A stretch of DNA of 10,159 nucleotides, from NCBI GenBank assembly GCA_046757025.1, contig JBHHXN010000186.1:1-10159 (forward strand), written 5' to 3'. A model generated the notes under the pieces. That model had not been told where the DNA came from. It worked only from the letters and a program-made list of their open reading frames with translations, and ran no database searches. Origin of the DNA: a bacterium. Lineage in GTDB: Bacteria; Zhuqueibacterota; Zhuqueibacteria; Oceanimicrobiales; Oceanimicrobiaceae. Shown here one piece after another: positions 7,067-10,159 of the stretch; within the stretch, counting starts at the first letter, position 1; the number at the start of each line of letters is the position of its first letter. The position numbers were made by a program, and so were the translations under genes.

Positions 7067-7798
7067 TTAATTTAACTGCTCCTGTAGTGGTTCTTCTTTG
7101 CTATTTTCCTGCATCGCCAACCATTCCAGATAGTACTCGTCCCGAAATTCCTTTTCGGTTATTTTTCCGTCCACCATGCTGGTGTTCAAAGGATAGATGT
7201 CTGGATTTAAAATGACGTAATAGAAATGCCACACCACGATGGCCAGGGTAGCCAGCCAGGCTTCGTAAAGGTGGATGACCGTCAATAGATCGATGATCCA
7301 TTTCGAGAAGAACTTCAGCGTAATGCCGTCAAACCAAAGCAGCAAGCCGGTCACGCCCATGACGACCGCGCCCCAGATTAAAGCGAGGTATTCCGCTTTT
7401 TCCATGTAACTGAAATGCCCAAATTTTGGAGGATGTTTGGACAATCCTAAATTGTAGGAAATATTCTGAGACAAGTCGCGTAAATCCTGGACTTTTGGCA
7501 GGAAAGCGGAAGTCAGGCTTCTACCGCGGCGGGTGCCCAGCATGTACCAGGTGTGGTAAAATCCCAGCAAAATAAATATCGCGCCCGCAATTCGATGCAG
7601 AAGGCCGCGCAAATCAAACAACCATTCGATTCCCGCAAAAGGACGCACCCACCAGGCTTCGGGATATTTCAACCCGAAGCCGGTCAGTACCAAAAGGATG
7701 AAACTCGCCGCCATAATCCAATGCTGAATCCGTTCATTCAGCGTCCAGCGAACGTAGGCTTTTTTATCATTTCCGGCATAAGTAGTGAGGACGTTCAT
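7067..7798 (-). CDS. FdnI/HydC-type (cytochrome b/b6 family) membrane cytochrome b, 243 aa
   Basis: Four hydrophobic segments with His at ERIQHW, LLHRIAG, VIHLYEA and VWHFYY. FSYMEKAEYLALIWG is clearly homologous to the b domain of the downstream fusion. ATGA overlap with the upstream gene at 7795-7798. Confidence 0.93.
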   Translation of the reverse strand: MNVLTTYAGNDKKAYVRWTLNERIQHWIMAASFILLVLTGFGLKYPEAWWVRPFAGIEWLFDLRGLLHRIAGAIFILLGFYHTWYMLGTRRGRSLTSAFLPKVQDLRDLSQNISYNLGLSKHPPKFGHFSYMEKAEYLALIWGAVVMGVTGLLLWFDGITLKFFSKWIIDLLTVIHLYEAWLATLAIVVWHFYYVILNPDIYPLNTSMVDGKITEKEFRDEYYLEWLAMQENSKEEPLQEQLN

Positions 7799-9036
7799 GC
7801 TTGCTCTCTTTGTTTTAATTTCTGTTTGGAACGTTTTATGAAATCCGCTCCGTTATGAATAATCATCCCGCCGATGATGACCACGATCAATAAAATATAA
7901 ATGTTTTTCACATACAACACCACTCGGCCGGGGGTCGTACTGGTTGTCAAATGCACCGAACCTTTGGCAAAGTTTTCTGTGGCGTCTAAATGACAACTGC
8001 CGCAGGTTTTGGCTAAATTTGCGGGATGAATCAAAGACGCCGGATTGGAAGAGGGCAAAATTTTGTGGATGCCGTGACAACTGGCACAATTGGCTGCGGA
8101 AAGCGAACCTCCTTTCACCGCCAGACCGTGGTAGCTATCTTCGTACGTGGCGGCTCTTGCTTCGGGCAGACCGTAGCGCTGCGTGAGCAATTCCGAAGCG
8201 TGGCACCTTTCACAAGTTTCTGCAGACACCCGCAAGGGATGCACCGGCGAGGCCGGATCATCGTGTGCTTTCACCACGTGCTCGCCGTGGCAATCGATGC
8301 AAACCGGCGAATTGCGCACGCCTTTTTTGGCCATGGTCCAATGGATGCTTTTCGAGTACTGTTTATGAATTTCGCTGTGACACTGGCCACACGTTTCCGG
8401 GACGTGGCTCCAGTGAATGGGAGACTGTGTATCATCTAAACTGCGAATGTTGTGGCTGCCGTGACAACTGACACAAGTTGCCGCATCGAAGTTTTTTTCG
8501 GACAAAACCGCGATCCCGTGTACGCTGTTTTTATACGCAGCAAGGGGATCGGCGATGGGGATATGATATTTTTTTACGATTTTGGGATCGGCATGGCAAG
8601 TGGCGCACATATAGGCGATCTTCAGCGGGTTCGAATTCGATTCCAGATCGGAGGAAGGCCGGATAGCGTGTTTGCCGTGGCAGTCCACACACGAAGCCGC
8701 TTCCACCGCGCCTTCCTGGTGGGCTTTTGCGTGGATGCTCTCCTGATAGTCTCTCACTACATCTTCATGACAGACGCTGCAGTCAACTTTGGTTAACTTT
8801 TCTTCATGAGGGATTTCCCCGACGTCTGCGTGGCAATCCGTACAATCAAATTCTCCGTGAATACTGTTGGTAAATTTCTCTGCGTCGACATAAAGGGAAA
8901 TTTCATCTCCAGAATCGTTTTCAGTCGTTAATTCAACATCACCATGACACTCCAAACAGTCTTCCTGACCCACACTCCATCGCACCTCGAACGTGAACAT
9001 AAACACCAGCACAACACATAAGGTCTGAATTTTCAT
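7795..9036 (-). CDS. 11-heme cytochrome c with signal peptide and C-terminal membrane anchor
   Basis: 11 CxxCH motifs (CLECH, CTDCH, CSVCH, CVDCH, CATCH, CVSCH, CGQCH, CIDCH, CERCH, CASCH, CGSCH); signal-like MKIQTLCVVLVFMFTF…; C-terminal helix IYILLIVVIIGGMIIH followed by a basic tail. The start is uncertain: ATG 9036, GTG 9039 or TTG 9054. Confidence 0.93.
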   Translation of the reverse strand: MKIQTLCVVLVFMFTFEVRWSVGQEDCLECHGDVELTTENDSGDEISLYVDAEKFTNSIHGEFDCTDCHADVGEIPHEEKLTKVDCSVCHEDVVRDYQESIHAKAHQEGAVEAASCVDCHGKHAIRPSSDLESNSNPLKIAYMCATCHADPKIVKKYHIPIADPLAAYKNSVHGIAVLSEKNFDAATCVSCHGSHNIRSLDDTQSPIHWSHVPETCGQCHSEIHKQYSKSIHWTMAKKGVRNSPVCIDCHGEHVVKAHDDPASPVHPLRVSAETCERCHASELLTQRYGLPEARAATYEDSYHGLAVKGGSLSAANCASCHGIHKILPSSNPASLIHPANLAKTCGSCHLDATENFAKGSVHLTTSTTPGRVVLYVKNIYILLIVVIIGGMIIHNGADFIKRSKQKLKQREQA

Positions 9037-9061
9037 CACACTTTTCAATGGCAAGTAAATA

Positions 9062-9193
9062 GTGATTGACCGAAAACAGCTTTTTCATGTCATTCCTGCA
9101 AGTTTTTAGCCGGAATCTCTTGCCTGAAATGAGGAGATTCCAGCACAAAAGATCGCTGGAATGACATAAAGAATCGAGTTTTCGGTCAATCAC
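9062..9193. mobile_element. 132-bp MITE-like element with perfect 16-bp TIRs and 6-bp target duplication
   Basis: gtgattgaccgaaaac (9062-9077) and gttttcggtcaatcac (9178-9193) form a perfect inverted repeat, with taaata on both flanks (9056-9061, 9194-9199). Internal arms: atgtcattcc (9087-9096)/ggaatgacat (9158-9167) and ggaatctc (9112-9119)/gagattcc (9134-9141). Confidence 0.88.
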
Positions 9194-9258
9194 TAAATAA
9201 CTGTGATTATTTTGTTTGAAACGATTCAACATTAACTTTACAAATAATTCAATAATTT

Positions 9259-9927
9259 TCAAGCTGGTTCGACGGGTTGTTTGGCGATAATTTCTAAATA
9301 TTTTGCGCTAGCAATATCCTGTGGATCTTCTTCCAGCACTCGCTCGAAAGCTTGTCTGGCTTTTTCCATTTCTCTTTGTTTATAATAAATCACCCCCAGA
9401 TGATAAAACGCCATGACATAATCCGGTGTGACCACGGTGGACTCCAGTAAGTGGTGAATGGCAGCATTGAGCTGTCCAGCATGGTGATAACACAGCCCGA
9501 TTCGATAATGGGCTGAATGGTACTCTGGATCGATTTTCAACACATCCTGAAATTCGGAAATTGCCTCGGTAATTCGCGCCCGATGATACAATGCCACGCC
9601 CAGATCATACCGAGCGTCGAGATAGTTTTTGCTGATGGCAATCGCCTGGCGGTATGAGTCGATGGCCCAATCCAACAGCCCCATGTGAAAATAAGCATTG
9701 CCCAACAATTTATGAACCATAGCGTTTTGAGGATGCAGCAGCACCAACTCTTTCAACTTTTCCATGGCCTGCCAGGTTTTGCCGCTGCATTGTAATTGCT
9801 TTACATGACGGAGCTGCAGATCCAGCACCTTTTCGCTCAACAAAATTCCGCATTGCGGACAAAATTTAAACTTTTTATCGATTGGTTTTTCACATTGAGG
9901 ACACTTCAATTTATGGGTTTGGCTCAT
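9259..9927 (-). CDS. Tetratricopeptide-repeat protein with N-terminal zinc ribbon
   Basis: CPQC-x10-CPQC, then about 4-5 TPR units (LLGNAYF…AIDSYRQAI, YDLGVALY…AISEFQDVLKIDP, HYRIGLCY, FYHLGVIYY…ARQAFERVLEEDP). AAGGAG RBS at 9933-9938; the second ATG (9927) has better spacing than 9930. No signal peptide. Confidence 0.92.
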   Translation of the reverse strand: MSQTHKLKCPQCEKPIDKKFKFCPQCGILLSEKVLDLQLRHVKQLQCSGKTWQAMEKLKELVLLHPQNAMVHKLLGNAYFHMGLLDWAIDSYRQAIAISKNYLDARYDLGVALYHRARITEAISEFQDVLKIDPEYHSAHYRIGLCYHHAGQLNAAIHHLLESTVVTPDYVMAFYHLGVIYYKQREMEKARQAFERVLEEDPQDIASAKYLEIIAKQPVEPA

Positions 9928-10004
9928 CATTACTCCTTCTCGGTCATGTATTCGTATGAATGACCAGTTGAAAATCTGTTTTGAATGATTATTTAAGAGT
10001 TTTT

Positions 10005-10037
10005 ATGGTTTCCCGAATTTACTTCGGGACTCACCAT
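10005..10037. repeat. Hairpin with tcccgaa/ttcggga core
   Basis: atggt (10005-10009)/accat (10033-10037) encloses tcccgaa (10011-10017)/ttcggga (10023-10029). Confidence 0.5.
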
Positions 10038-10038
10038 G

Positions 10039-10064
10039 AAAAAATCCGCTTCAGCCTGAACGGA
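10039..10064 (-). terminator. Terminator-like hairpin upstream of the TPR gene
   Basis: On the minus strand, TCCGTTCA-GGC-TGAAGCGGA (one bulge) is followed directly by TTTTTT. Confidence 0.45.
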
Positions 10065-10159
10065 GTCCAAGGCTATTTTTTCAACGGGTCATTCATATTA
10101 TTAACTCAAGTTTCGCAGTTGTTTAATCAATTGTTTTGTAGTGCATTTTTCTTAACCGG

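Noticed and set aside
7795..7830. Programmed -1 frameshift fusing the 11-heme protein to the cytochrome b
   Set aside because: No canonical X XXY YYZ slippery heptamer in the right frame just before the stop; an ATGA overlap is adequately explained by translational coupling.
3827..8796. Many plus-strand and alternative-frame ORFs overlapping the cytochrome genes (and 1211-1694 over the regulator)
   Set aside because: They are shadows of long, motif-rich minus-strand genes and show no recognisable domains.
8939..9262. 107-aa minus-strand ORF starting at the TPR stop codon
   Set aside because: It runs through the MITE-like element and overlaps the cytochrome 5' end out of frame, with no motif support.
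9849..9903. CPQC motifs of the TPR protein as heme-binding sites
   Set aside because: There is no His after CxxC and no export signal; the pattern fits a zinc ribbon.
10143..10157. Possible sigma-54 promoter upstream of the TPR/cytochrome genes (GG…GC on the minus strand)
   Set aside because: The spacing is GG-N11-GC rather than the required N10, and the TGGCAC context is absent.
1..10159. CRISPR array, tRNA/rRNA or autonomous transposase
   Set aside because: No regularly spaced direct repeats, RNA-gene signatures or transposase-like ORF were seen.

Overview
Bacterial window in which every credible gene lies on the minus strand. From right to left it carries a zinc-ribbon/TPR protein, an 11-heme cytochrome c with a C-terminal membrane anchor, a separate FdnI/HydC-type cytochrome b coupled to it by an ATGA overlap, and a ~1060-aa fusion of a 23-heme cytochrome c with a cytochrome b domain (CbcL-like, much extended), followed by an intrinsic terminator. 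Next come a decayed MNT-HEPN (DUF86) toxin-antitoxin pair and an orphan sigma-54 NtrC/AtoC-type response regulator. The intergenic DNA is unusually rich in small palindromic elements. Five MITE-like copies (one truncated) share a 16-bp end architecture (G-N4-TG-N4-AAAA) but carry three different types of REP-like hairpin doublet as cargo, and two related copies bracket the regulator gene in inverted orientation. The main points of interest are the 34-heme, two-cytochrome-b conduit (one split and one fused paralog), a lone Cys in place of the distal His in one heme spacer, and the modular 'TIR shell + REP cargo' element family. All family assignments come from motif recognition only; no database searches were run.
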